Source: an uncultured Hyphomicrobiales bacterium
GTDB lineage: Bacteria > Bacteroidota > Ignavibacteria > Kapaibacteriales > UBA2268
NCBI GenBank assembly: GCA_964465945.1
Contig: CAYXMM010000002.1
Span: 319,098-383,097 of the forward strand
Direction of reading: 5' to 3'
DNA length: 64,000 bases
Positions 26,426 through 37,400 of this stretch are shown here, piece by piece (positions within the stretch are counted from its first letter, which is position 1; every line of letters begins with the position of its first letter). Made by a program: the position numbers and the translations under genes. The notes beneath the pieces were generated by a model. The model worked only from the letters and a program-made list of their open reading frames with translations, was not told the origin of the DNA and searched no databases.

Positions 26426-26568
26426 ACAGATTATTATCTAATGTTCGTAGTAAAATATGGTATATGGATGTTTTAGCGAATGGTGATGTTACTAAATATA
26501 AAGAGATTCGCCAGTGTTATTTAGTAGATGTTTTTGATGTTATAATTAATAAAGTTAAGAGAATATAA
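26233..26568 (+). other. Programmed -1 frameshift (T TTT TTG at 26251-26257) and gpGT-like extension
   Basis: -1 frame open from the slip site to TAA 26566-26568, overlapping the TMP ATG; no ATG in that frame until 26464; AGGAG 10 nt upstream of the heptamer. Confidence 0.8.
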
Positions 26569-29500
26569 TGGATAAAAGTTTTAAGTTTTTATTAGATTTT
26601 ATTGTAGATATAAAATCGGACCCGAGCAAAATAAAATCCACCTCAAAGCAAATTTCTGAAATGTTAGGAGAATTTGCTATTGATGTTAATTTTGATAAAA
26701 AAGACGTTGAAAAAGAAATAACTACTTTCTTAAAGCAATTATCTAAATTAGATACTAATAAATTAAAATTGCAGATAGAAACGGGCGAGGCATCAAAGGA
26801 ATTGAAAGATTTATTTGGGAGTTTTGACGGATTAGGTGATTTTGAAGATGCTTTTAAAAATATTGATTACTCAGAATTAAATAATTTAAAATCTAAAATA
26901 GATGATTTATTTAGCGATTTTGATAGTGATAAAATTAGTGAAGGATTGAATGAACTTGGAAATGAATTTAATAAATTCAAAAGTAAAGTTGAAGGTCAGG
27001 AGATTAATATTGGGATTGATAAAAATGAATTTCTCAAAAGCGTTAATACTATTACAAATGAATTAGATGAAATTGAGAAAAATAAGATTGAAGTAGATTT
27101 TGACGCAGGGAAAGCAAAAGAGCAATTTAAAGAATTATCGAATGTTTTAAGTAATTCAGGTGTTGAAGGATTTCAGGAAGCAATAGATAATATTGATTTT
27201 TCTGAAATAGAGAAGATGGCAAAATCAATGAATTTAGATTTTGATGTTGATGGCATTAAAAAATTAGCAAAAGAAATTGACAATGTTGGTAACAATACTA
27301 CAGGGTTTAAAACGATTGATGATTTAATCGAAAATTTAGAACAAAATGTAAATTCAACCGATTTTAGTAAGTTTAAGAATGGTATTGGTGACATTGATGA
27401 TGCGGTAAAAAAAGCCAAGAATGAATTAAATGATATGATTTCTAAAAATAAGAACGTTTTAAGTGTTCTTGAAGCAACTGGCAAAAGCGGAAGTGAAGCA
27501 TATAACAAAATCGAAGCAGAAATTAAAGAAGCAGAAGCAGCGCTTGGTAAATTAGGAGCAAAACAAGATGACTTTCAAAAAAGCACTAAATCAATTGGCG
27601 ATAAAATGGCTACGTTTGGTATGGCTTATCAAGGTATTTCAGCAATATCAGATACTTTCAGTCAATTCATAGAACCATACAAAGAATTTGACGTTCAGAT
27701 TAGGAATATTGGAACGTTAGGGATTAAGAATTTTGAAGAATTTAGAAGTAAAGCAATCGAATTATCAACTGAAATTCCTGAAAGCGTAGCAGGTATTACA
27801 GCCGCTATTTATGACGGGATTGGAGCAGGTGCTATTAGTGTTACAGATGATATGGCTGATGTTGATGATGCAATCCAAGCTGTAACTGCAGCTAATAAAT
27901 TAGCAGTTGCGGGTGTAACAACAACAAGCGCTGCAATGCAAGGTTTATCGGCTGTAACAAATGCTTACGGAAGAGATACGCTTTCAATGGCGAAAGCAAG
28001 TGATACAATGTTTGGTATAGTAAATTATGGAGTTGCTTCGGTTGAAGAGTTAAACGCTTCATTATCGAATGTTGTTCCTATTGCAGGCGCCGCAGGTGTT
28101 ACATTTGACCAAGTAGGTGGTGCTATTGCAACGATGACAAAACAAGGGACACCAGCAGCGCAAGCAACTACTAAAATAAGGTCAGCAATAGCTGAAATAA
28201 TGAAACCAGGTGCTAATCTTAAAAAGGTTATGGACGAAGCAGGAGTTTCGATGGAAAGTTTAAAATCCGAAGGGCTTCAAGCGACATTCAAGAAGCTTGG
28301 AGAGACGATGACTAAAATGGGGACTGATTCAGCTAATACATTTTCTTCCATTGAAACTATAAGCTTTGCTCTTGCTGTTACAGGGGATAATGCTTCAAAA
28401 GCACAAGCCGATTTAGAGGATGTTCAAAATGCTACAGGTTCAGTAGATAAAGCGTTTAAGATTGCTGGTGCTGGTGTGAAAGGGACCGCAGAAGCTATTA
28501 TGAATGATATTCAAGCAACTGCATTTAAGGTGTTTGGGACTATTGGAGATGGTACAGTTGCATTTTTAGACACTACAAATAAACTTGCACCTGCTATTGC
28601 TTCATTTGCGGGACTGAGTACAATAGTCCCTGATGGGTTTGGTGCTAAATTAAAAGGATTTAGTTCAACGATTAGTACTGAATTAGGATTAGCATCTAAT
28701 AAGGTTAATGAATTTACTAAAAATTTCAAATTATCAAATATTGAATTTAGTAAATTAGGTTCAATAGATACGTATAAAAAAGGAATTAGCAGTATTGGTG
28801 GTAGTGTTGGAGGATTGGGTAGTAAATTAAAATCAGTTGCTCCAATGCTAACTAATCCTTATTTACTCGGTGCAGCTGCAATCACTTTATATTTAACTCA
28901 AACGGAACAAGGCAATAAAATATTAGATAAACTTGGAGAAAGTGCGAAAGCATTATTTGAGAAGTTCAAACCATTTGTAGAGTTAATAGTTAATGTCTTT
29001 GGTGTCGTGATTGAGAATTTAAGCGGTTATATTATGGGTATGGTTGATGCTATTGGTGTATTGATTAGTTCTGTTATTGATGTTTATGGTGCATTTTTCG
29101 AAATGACTGGTATCTCAGACATATTGAGTTCAATATTTGGTGATTCGATAAGTTCAACCGAGGAATTTTCTGAACAATTAGATAGTATTTTAAAATATAT
29201 AATGTTAGTACCAGCATCAATTAAAATATTAGCATTAGCTTTTAAAGGGTTCTTTACTAATTTACCAGCAATAGCAATAGCATTTTTTGATTTAATGAAG
29301 GAAGTTATTAACCCAGTAAATTGGTTTGATGATGGAGATGCTATATCAAAAGCAAAAGATAAATTTGCTAATGTAGTTAGCAATGCAATGGACGAAGCAA
29401 CTAATGAGGTAATTAAAACAGCAAAAGACCTTGCAATAGACGATTTTATTAGATTTAAAGAAAAAGATACTAGGATTAAAGCATTAGATAATTTAGTTAG

Positions 29501-32500
29501 TCAATTTGAGGATACGAAAGATGAGGTTGCAAAAAATAATATTGCTATGGAAATTGCAAAAGATATGCCTGAGGCAGTAAAAGGATATAAAATGGTAGCC
29601 GATGCTAATGGTAATTTAATTAAAGTATTAGATATTAATATTGACAAAGTCAAGGAATTAAATAAAGCGAGGGGAAGTTCAAATTCTGCGGATATGGTTG
29701 AGAAAGAAAAACAAATTGCTAATGCTATTTTATTACAAGCAAAGTCTTACGATAAAGTAAAACAACAAAGTAAAGATTTGTCTAAGCAAATCATAGAAGC
29801 ACAAAAGAAAGGAGATACTGGATTAGTCAATTCACTTAAAAAAGATTATGATAAGGTTCAAGAACAAATCATTACAAAATCGAAAGATTTAAAAACTCAA
29901 TTAGATAAGGCAACTGAAATGGGAATAACGATGAAAGATGTTAAAATCCCACCTAATTTTGAAAATGATTTCACAAATGAATTGCTTAAACTTCAAGATA
30001 TTGCAGACGAGAAGGAAATTGGTAAAAAAATTACTGAAAGTATACAACTTAAAGAAAGTATTGATAAAAACGGAGAACTTAATAAACTTGTAGAAGATTA
30101 CAAGAAGGCAGGCAATGATTTCGAAAAAGAAAGTATTGCAAAGAAAATAGCAAAAACTGCCCCTGAATTAGTTCAAGCTACTGGCTCAATGGTAGCAAGT
30201 AACGGGCAGTTAGTCAAAACTTACGAAGTAGCAACCAATAAAGTTAATGAATATGTTGCGAGCAAGAAAAAATCATTGAGTAGCGAATTAACTAATAAAC
30301 AAAATGAAGTTTTGAATGGTATTAAAAATGAAGGTAAAGAATACGAAGCCCTTAAATCCAAAATTCAACTTAAAAATAAAGAGATTAGTGAAGCAATAGC
30401 AAAAGGTCAGGATACAAGTGAATTAGAGAAACAATTTAATACTTTAACTCAAAAAGCAGAGCAAAGTAAAAACTCTATTGTTAGTAGCATGGGTAAGGCA
30501 AAAGAAGGAGGTATTGATGTAACTAAAGTTTATGGTGATGTATCTAAAAGTATTGGAGTGAGTAAGGACGAAGTAGCTAAAATGACCGACGCACAAAATA
30601 AGTCAAAAGACTTAACTAAGGAGCAAAAAACTGAAACAGAGGATTTAGCTGCGGCTTGGAGTAATGTAAAATCTCAATTAGATGATACAATCAATAAGCA
30701 GGTTTCTACTTTATCCGAAATGAGGAGACAAAGAGCGGAAGGTAAGTTAACTAAGGAACAAAAAGCAGAAAGTTTAGCAAAAGAAAAAGAAATTTTATCT
30801 ACACTAAAAGATAATGCAAAGGAGCAAAAAAATCTCGAAAAGATTAATGAGAATGTATTAATTCAGGCAGGACTTAAAGAAGTATCTGGGAAAAGCGCTT
30901 GGGAACTTGCAAAAGCAGAATACGATTTAAAGAAATCTAAAACAGAATTAGAATATGCTGATTTTGAAATATCACAAACTCAATTAGTTATGCAAGGTAA
31001 AATTAAAGATGAAGATGTGGCACAATTAAATCTGTTGAATGAAAAAAATAAAACTGCGAAGATTAATAAAGATAATTTACTTGAAGTATTAAAGACGAAA
31101 AGATTGATTACAGGGGTCGACGATAAAGGCGAGGTAGTGTTTAATTCTAAAATTAAAGATGTAGATAAAGTTGATATTCAGAAGTTAATAAATGATGTGA
31201 ATAAAGAAATTATTTCTAATGAAAAGTCTGTTAAAGATATTCAAGTTAAGGTTAATAAAGATAGTGAACAAATAAATAAAGAGATTACTGAATTAAATAA
31301 ACAAAGGATAGACTGGCAAATAAGTTTAAATGTTCCTAAGTCTGATATATTAGAACGAGAAGTAGATAGAATAAAAAGTAGTTTAGACATTGCATCAAAA
31401 GAAGCACTAAATTACAGCAATCAAATCAAAGTTATTGAAACTAAAATTTTAAATGAAAAAAATGAAACTACTAAGGTTGAATTACAAAAAGAATTAAATA
31501 TTATTAAAGGTAAATATTTAGAAAAAGCAAAATTAGAGTTTGATACTAATAAACAATTATTAGAAGCGACTAATAATTTTTACGAAGAAAAAGCAAGAAT
31601 TGCTTCCGAACAAATTCAAAAAGCAAAGGACGGCGTTAATAATGAATTTGATATAGCAATATCTGAGTTGGAGAAATATAATACGAAACTTAATGAGTTA
31701 AATTCGAATAAAGAGAATGAAGAAGCTGATAATAAACTAAGTAAGATTGATAAAAATCAAGAAAAAGAATTGAAGAAATTAGAAGATTGGCAAGGGATGC
31801 AGTTACTATCTACTTCTGAATTTGAAAAGAAAAAAACTCAAATCGAAAAAGAAGCAGAAGAAGAGAGGGCTAAAATAAGGGAAGGACTACGAAAGAATGA
31901 AGAACTAAGACAAAATGTTTATGATGGCGAGCAACTCCAACTTCAAAATCAGAAAGCAATATTATTAGCTGAAATCGACAAAAAAGGAGCCGACGAGCAA
32001 TTAAACATAGTAGCAGAAAAATATAAATCAATGGGAAAAGTAATAGATTTTGATACTATAAAAAAGGCTCAACTAGAAATTATTGAAGCAGAAAAAAAAT
32101 TAGAACAAAATAAATATGATACAAAAGCACAACTACAAAAAGAGAATGCTGATAAGATAATAAAAGAAAATATAAAATTATTAGATGAAGGTAGTAGAAA
32201 ATCAGTATTGGAATCTTCTAAATTATGGGCTTCAGCTCAAAAAACAACAGAAGAAAAAGCTGATTTATTAAAAACTTCAATGGATATGTTTAATGGGTCT
32301 ATGCTGAAAGGAATAGAAGGAATGTTTGAGGGCGACCCAGAAGCTATGAAAGATAATATGCGGTCTTTTATGCAAAACATTGCTGGTTTTTTAAAGAAAC
32401 AATTAGAAGCAACAATCTTGCAATTAGTATTATCAAAAGGAGTTCTGGCACAGGTGAATTTATTACCATTTCCAGCAAATACTTTAGCCCTGGGAGCAAT

Positions 32501-32840
32501 TACACTTGCAATTAAAGCTGCAGTTAATGCTATCGCCAACCCAGTTATATCTTCATTAACTTCATTTGCCACTGGGGGTAGAATAGACCAGCCAACGCTT
32601 GCAGTTATAGGTGATGGTGCAAAACTTGGTAGTAATAATAAAGAATGGATTTTTAGGGACGAGCAACTCAAAAAAACTATTAATATGGCTAACAATCAAA
32701 GCAATAGAGAAGTAGTAGCAGAATTGAAATATTTAAGAGAAGCATTCCATACTTTAAAACTCGAAACTACATTACGTGGTGAAGATATTTACATTTCAAA
32801 TAAAAAAGTAAGCAATAGAATAAACCGACGACAAATGTAA
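26568..32840 (+). CDS. Tail tape measure protein (TP901-family core)
   Basis: 2090 aa; AANKLAVAGVTT, GVTFDQVGGAIATMT core; C-terminal FATGG. Confidence 0.95.
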   Translation: MDKSFKFLLDFIVDIKSDPSKIKSTSKQISEMLGEFAIDVNFDKKDVEKEITTFLKQLSKLDTNKLKLQIETGEASKELKDLFGSFDGLGDFEDAFKNIDYSELNNLKSKIDDLFSDFDSDKISEGLNELGNEFNKFKSKVEGQEINIGIDKNEFLKSVNTITNELDEIEKNKIEVDFDAGKAKEQFKELSNVLSNSGVEGFQEAIDNIDFSEIEKMAKSMNLDFDVDGIKKLAKEIDNVGNNTTGFKTIDDLIENLEQNVNSTDFSKFKNGIGDIDDAVKKAKNELNDMISKNKNVLSVLEATGKSGSEAYNKIEAEIKEAEAALGKLGAKQDDFQKSTKSIGDKMATFGMAYQGISAISDTFSQFIEPYKEFDVQIRNIGTLGIKNFEEFRSKAIELSTEIPESVAGITAAIYDGIGAGAISVTDDMADVDDAIQAVTAANKLAVAGVTTTSAAMQGLSAVTNAYGRDTLSMAKASDTMFGIVNYGVASVEELNASLSNVVPIAGAAGVTFDQVGGAIATMTKQGTPAAQATTKIRSAIAEIMKPGANLKKVMDEAGVSMESLKSEGLQATFKKLGETMTKMGTDSANTFSSIETISFALAVTGDNASKAQADLEDVQNATGSVDKAFKIAGAGVKGTAEAIMNDIQATAFKVFGTIGDGTVAFLDTTNKLAPAIASFAGLSTIVPDGFGAKLKGFSSTISTELGLASNKVNEFTKNFKLSNIEFSKLGSIDTYKKGISSIGGSVGGLGSKLKSVAPMLTNPYLLGAAAITLYLTQTEQGNKILDKLGESAKALFEKFKPFVELIVNVFGVVIENLSGYIMGMVDAIGVLISSVIDVYGAFFEMTGISDILSSIFGDSISSTEEFSEQLDSILKYIMLVPASIKILALAFKGFFTNLPAIAIAFFDLMKEVINPVNWFDDGDAISKAKDKFANVVSNAMDEATNEVIKTAKDLAIDDFIRFKEKDTRIKALDNLVSQFEDTKDEVAKNNIAMEIAKDMPEAVKGYKMVADANGNLIKVLDINIDKVKELNKARGSSNSADMVEKEKQIANAILLQAKSYDKVKQQSKDLSKQIIEAQKKGDTGLVNSLKKDYDKVQEQIITKSKDLKTQLDKATEMGITMKDVKIPPNFENDFTNELLKLQDIADEKEIGKKITESIQLKESIDKNGELNKLVEDYKKAGNDFEKESIAKKIAKTAPELVQATGSMVASNGQLVKTYEVATNKVNEYVASKKKSLSSELTNKQNEVLNGIKNEGKEYEALKSKIQLKNKEISEAIAKGQDTSELEKQFNTLTQKAEQSKNSIVSSMGKAKEGGIDVTKVYGDVSKSIGVSKDEVAKMTDAQNKSKDLTKEQKTETEDLAAAWSNVKSQLDDTINKQVSTLSEMRRQRAEGKLTKEQKAESLAKEKEILSTLKDNAKEQKNLEKINENVLIQAGLKEVSGKSAWELAKAEYDLKKSKTELEYADFEISQTQLVMQGKIKDEDVAQLNLLNEKNKTAKINKDNLLEVLKTKRLITGVDDKGEVVFNSKIKDVDKVDIQKLINDVNKEIISNEKSVKDIQVKVNKDSEQINKEITELNKQRIDWQISLNVPKSDILEREVDRIKSSLDIASKEALNYSNQIKVIETKILNEKNETTKVELQKELNIIKGKYLEKAKLEFDTNKQLLEATNNFYEEKARIASEQIQKAKDGVNNEFDIAISELEKYNTKLNELNSNKENEEADNKLSKIDKNQEKELKKLEDWQGMQLLSTSEFEKKKTQIEKEAEEERAKIREGLRKNEELRQNVYDGEQLQLQNQKAILLAEIDKKGADEQLNIVAEKYKSMGKVIDFDTIKKAQLEIIEAEKKLEQNKYDTKAQLQKENADKIIKENIKLLDEGSRKSVLESSKLWASAQKTTEEKADLLKTSMDMFNGSMLKGIEGMFEGDPEAMKDNMRSFMQNIAGFLKKQLEATILQLVLSKGVLAQVNLLPFPANTLALGAITLAIKAAVNAIANPVISSLTSFATGGRIDQPTLAVIGDGAKLGSNNKEWIFRDEQLKKTINMANNQSNREVVAELKYLREAFHTLKLETTLRGEDIYISNKKVSNRINRRQM

Positions 32841-32861
32841 AATTAATTTTTTACATTAACG

Positions 32862-32900
32862 AAAAAAGCAGTAAGTCCGCACCAACTTACTGCTTTTTTT
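32862..32900 (+). terminator. Intrinsic terminator, probably bidirectional
   Basis: GCAGTAAGT/ACTTACTGC stem with 8-nt loop, A-run before and T-run after. Confidence 0.9.
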
Positions 32901-32919
32901 TATAGATAAATTAGAGTTT

Positions 32920-32953
32920 CGTATGTAATTTGTATGTAAAAATTTAACATACG
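32920..32953. repeat. Candidate integrase arm-type sites
   Basis: GTATGTAA at 32921 and 32932; inverted ACATACG at 32947-32953; about 45 bp from the tRNA 3' end. Confidence 0.5.
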
Positions 32954-32995
32954 CTTCTAACCTATTGGATTAGAATAATCTATAATTTAGTCTTG

Positions 32996-33069
32996 TGGGC
33001 CTGGAGGGACTTGAACCCCCGACAAACGGATTATGAGTCCGCTGCTCTAACCGACTGAGCTACAAGCCC
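32996..33069 (-). tRNA. Host tRNA with CAU anticodon, probably tRNA-Ile2; prophage attachment site
   Basis: GGGCTTGTAGCTCAGTCGGTTAGAGCAGCGGACTCATAATCCGT...GGTTCAAGTCCCTCCAGGCCCA; TAATTTTG promoter-like element at 33107-33114. Confidence 0.92.
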
Positions 33070-33122
33070 ATTTATAAAATTTAATTCTGTGTTCCAGAAC
33101 AGACTCCAAAATTAAAAAAAAA

Positions 33123-33896
33123 TTAGTAATTAAACAAGCCCAAAAATATTCCGAACTCAAAATTTATTCCACTATTGGTTAACTTGCTGGGAGTATTAGA
33201 TATAGTTGTTACATTATTTAGTCGCCAACTCTTATCTTCTGCCCCTGAAAATGGATTATCAAAAGCTAAGTTATAACTTGCCATAAACCTAAACATTAAA
33301 AAACTTGTTGCAGCCCATTCAATAGAAGCATGAGGACTAAAGTAAGCAAAGTTTTTATCTAATGAAAAGTTATATGTGGAATCATCTAATTGAGGGTTTA
33401 AACTACCCCAATCTTTATTTTGCAATCCCTTTGAAAGATGTAAATTAGTACTTCCCCAGCCAACCTCTGCTCCTAACAATAAAGCAAGGTGATTTGTTAT
33501 TATATAACCATAATCAATAGTAATCCCAGTCATATTTAAGCTTAAAGTCTGGTCAATGCTATATTTATCTTTATTCGTGGTGATTTGGTTACTTCCACCA
33601 ACACTTCGAACTCCAACTCTCAAATTTTTCGTAATTGGCAACCCAGTGAAGCCAACGCCTCCTTGCATAACCATACCACTTTTAAACTCGCCAAGTCCGA
33701 ACTGATTCTGCATTAATTTATTATACTCATCAACGTTAAGCATATAATAATTAATAGAAAAGCCCCCGCCAATAACAAAGTAATTTCTACTTTGTTGTTC
33801 AACAGGGGTATCATTATAAGGTAATTTATCTAAATCTTCATCTTGTGAAAACAAAATGAAGTTAGATATAAAAATCAAACATAAAATTCTAAACAT
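33123..33896 (-). CDS. Outer-membrane beta-barrel hypothetical protein
   Basis: Signal peptide, alternating G/aromatic strands. Confidence 0.7.
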   Translation of the reverse strand: MFRILCLIFISNFILFSQDEDLDKLPYNDTPVEQQSRNYFVIGGGFSINYYMLNVDEYNKLMQNQFGLGEFKSGMVMQGGVGFTGLPITKNLRVGVRSVGGSNQITTNKDKYSIDQTLSLNMTGITIDYGYIITNHLALLLGAEVGWGSTNLHLSKGLQNKDWGSLNPQLDDSTYNFSLDKNFAYFSPHASIEWAATSFLMFRFMASYNLAFDNPFSGAEDKSWRLNNVTTISNTPSKLTNSGINFEFGIFLGLFNY

Positions 33897-33899
33897 TTT

Positions 33900-34361
33900 T
33901 TACCAATAATATTTAATACCTAAACCACCACTCCAGTATAAAAAGTTTGAATTAGAACCTAATGTATACATCGGAGTTATATCTACTGAAATTACAAATG
34001 GAACTTCCTTAAAAGCATATTCTAAACCAGCAAGTCCATTAACACCAACAATAGTAGCATCAGAACTACCACCAAATCCACTTGTACCAGTGCTTATATT
34101 AAAGGCGTGTGCACCAACACCTAAATACCATTCAAATTGCTTTGCAGAAGTAGTGAAGTGCCATTGGTAGTTACCTAACAAAAACAACCAACCATCTCCG
34201 AAAGACAAATCAAATTCAATAGGATTTGTATTTGTGAAGAAATGTTTATAAGTAATACCACCACCAGCGCCACCTTTTAAGCCAATAGCGTTAGTATAAT
34301 TCTTCGCATCTGCCATCTGAAATGCAAGAAGTAACGCAAAAATAACAACAATTCTTTTCAT
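33900..34361 (-). CDS. Small outer-membrane beta-barrel protein
   Basis: Signal peptide, C-terminal GGLGIKYYW. Confidence 0.75.
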   Translation of the reverse strand: MKRIVVIFALLLAFQMADAKNYTNAIGLKGGAGGGITYKHFFTNTNPIEFDLSFGDGWLFLLGNYQWHFTTSAKQFEWYLGVGAHAFNISTGTSGFGGSSDATIVGVNGLAGLEYAFKEVPFVISVDITPMYTLGSNSNFLYWSGGLGIKYYW

Positions 34362-34415
34362 AAAAGCACCTTATATTAATTTAAAAATATATAATTATGA
34401 AAGCAAATTAATAAA

Positions 34416-37400
34416 TTATTTGAAAATAAAAAATTTGTCTTTTTTATTTACTAAACCATTTCTGTAATAAATAAAATAAGCACCAGTATTCAAAGAATTT
34501 ATGTTAAATTTAAAATTACCTAAGTTTAATTCATCTTCAAATTTTTCATAAACTTTGTTGCCTAATAAATCATAAATCACTAATGAAAAGTTCTCTTTAT
34601 TTACAATTTCATAAGCAATTTCAACTGATGAAGAAGAATTTTGATTAATCTTTAAAATGTCAGAACTACCAAATTGAAACTTCATTTCCTCAAAATCACA
34701 AATTCCAGTCAATTTAATATTTAGAGAATCTTTGATTATATTAATCACTGCATTAGACAGATAAGAAACATTTACAATATTAAATTTTGTAAAAGCATCA
34801 TTACCAACTAATGGACGCATTCTATAATCTATCACACATTCATTTAACTCTAAAAGTTCTATATACATTTTGTTATTTTCGACATCAAAATCAACTCTAA
34901 GTTTATTCGGGTCATAGCCAGAAACTGAAATTAAATCCAAGACAAAAGTATTCAATTCAATTTCAATTTTAAAATTCTTAATTTCAATAGTATCTAAATC
35001 ATAATTTTCGGCTGAAATCTGCATTTCTAATTCAAGTATATCATTAGCATTATGACTAAAACTATTAGGTAAAATTAAATTAATATCAATCATATCTTTA
35101 GGTTTAGCTTCTGCTATTAAAACAATATCCTTAGTAATTAAACAAGGATAGTTAGTTGAAATAGTTAAAATTGTCGTGTCGTGTGAAACTTCATTAGAAA
35201 CATAAGACAAGTCAAATATATGCTCTTTTTCACTTGACTTAATTAAGATGTCATTTGAGTTATTAATACTAAACTTAGAGTTTGAAAGCGGAGTAATGTG
35301 CATATTATAATCACTTAAAGAATTATTTGTCAATGTAACACTTGCCGTGCTTAATACATTTTCTTTAGTAACTGGAAAATAAATTGTATCAGGAACATCA
35401 AAACTAATGTCGGAGTAATATCCACTCAGTTCAATTGAATCTCGCTTACCACATGGATGAAAAATAAAATATATTTTTTCATTATAAAATCCTAATGTGT
35501 CAGGAGTAAAAGTAACTTTAAAATTATTTGAACTAAACAACTCTGTCCCTTTTTCTAAATCAATTTTGAAATACTTTGATGTAGAGATTGAATCTATATG
35601 AGTATAAAGAGTATTATTACTATTAATTTTCAACTTGTTACTAATAATCTTGCTTAATTCAGAATTACATTTAAAAATTGTATCAAAATCAATTTTTCCA
35701 TCATCAAAAATATAATCAATATGTGTTTTAAAACCTGTTATACTAATTTCTTTTTGCAAATCACAATCAGTATAAGTGAAATATGGTTTAAAATTAAAAG
35801 CACCAATAGTTTGAGTGCTAATTCTGATAGGAACAATAATAGAATCTTTTGCAGGAATTGTAAATGGAATTATGGCAAATTGAACACTTTCATTAAATTG
35901 ATTATCTATTGTCATATCAACTAGACCAGTATTAGTAATTTTTAAAGTTGTATCAATGAAATCTTTACATTCTTCTATTTTTCCGACATCAAACTTTTCA
36001 GGATAAACAGATATAGCTTGATTTTTTATTCTTACTTCAATTGGCACTTTAAAACTATAAGTAGAACCTGTGCGAGTATAATAGACAACTAAAGTATCAA
36101 CAATATCTGTTGACAATTTCGCATTTAAAGAAATTTTAATTGAATCAGAAGTAAATTTATATAAATTAAGAGGTAAAGGAGTATCAATTACAAATGGTGG
36201 CTTAATTACAGGATTAATACTAACGTAATCTTTTTCAAAATTACTATTAGAATATGAAATTTTAATTGTTGTATCTAATTTTATTGTATCACATGTATTT
36301 ATAGTTCCAAAATCAATTTCCTTTGGCTCATATTCTACACCCAATCCTTTGTTAGTTACTCTTAAAGTTATAACTTTTTCATCAATACAAGGAGATTGTA
36401 TTCTAAGAAAATAATCTTTGTTTTCAATATTATCACTATTCAATAAAATTGTAATATCATAAGATTCACCTGGTTTAAATGTTTGTGGAAATAAATATAA
36501 CTTTTCAATTGTAAATGGAAACTCAATATTAAAATCAGTCCTATCAATTGTTAGGTTTCTATTTGAAGTATTTGTTATTCTTAATGATTGCTTCCATTGA
36601 ACTCCTGAATACTTATCAACAAGAATAAGTGTTTTATCTACTTCAAAAGGGATAATTTCATTTTTCAATTCAATTACAAAAGAAGTATCAGCGCATTCTC
36701 CATTTGAAGCAATAGCGATGAATTTTCCATATTTGGAAGGGACAAAATCAATCTTACTACTTATTTTTTTATAAATCCCATTTTCAAATTCAAACCATTC
36801 AACAATACCATTGTCATTCTCACCAGTTAACTTGATAACATCATAGATACAGCCAGAAATAATAGTATCAGAAGTAATTAATTTTCCGTTAAATTTTACT
36901 GAAATCTTAGGTTTTAAATTAATTTGTAAATTAATAAGATTAGAATTTTTAAAACAACCCTCTTCATTGCTAGCTTGAACAAAATAATTTCCTGTTGAGT
37001 TAACATTTATTGATTTATTTTCACCATAATCTCCGCTTGCTAAAAATATTAACCCGTCTTTATACCAAGTGTATTTATACTTTTCAGGATTTGTAAAATC
37101 AGTCGAAATTGAAATTGACGTATCTTGTTGAACGCAGAACACTCGCTCATTATTTGGAGTTTTAATACTAAAATTTTCTACTGCTTCTTTCTTAATTTTC
37201 CCAGATAAAAACTTTGAAGTATTATAGCAAATCCCATTACTTGAATATTGATTATTATTTTGCAATAAATCTCTAAATCTTCCTACGACTGCTGAGACTG
37301 TATAATCCGCACCGCAATTTAAAGATGTGTTAATTTTAAAAGAATAAGTAGAATTTGTATTAAACACATTTATTACTTTTGAATTTCCAATTATATCTCC

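Larger units (their letters stand above)
1..32995. mobile_element. Prophage (partial; continues upstream of window), Mu-like head module, long non-contractile-type tail, ends at 3' end of host tRNA(CAU)
   Basis: Terminase, DUF935-type portal, MuF, protease, capsid, lysis genes and tape measure in one dense block; host genes resume right after the tRNA. No integrase or sheath gene seen in window. Confidence 0.95.

Noticed and set aside
26119-32695. Minus-strand ORFs inside the chaperone and tape measure genes, and similar antisense ORFs over host genes
   Set aside because: Fully nested opposite well-supported genes, with shadow-like composition and no motifs.
1-32840. Stop-codon reassignment in the phage
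   Set aside because: Long genes are intact and tightly packed under the standard code, and TAA, TAG and TGA all end genes at sensible positions.
1-32995. Transposable Mu-like phage
   Set aside because: Only the head module is Mu-like; no transposase seen and the end coincides with a tRNA 3' end.
32996-33069. Host tRNA as initiator or elongator Met
   Set aside because: Paired 1-72 and no triple G-C anticodon stem exclude initiator; acceptor and D-arm look more like Ile2, though elongator Met is not fully excluded.
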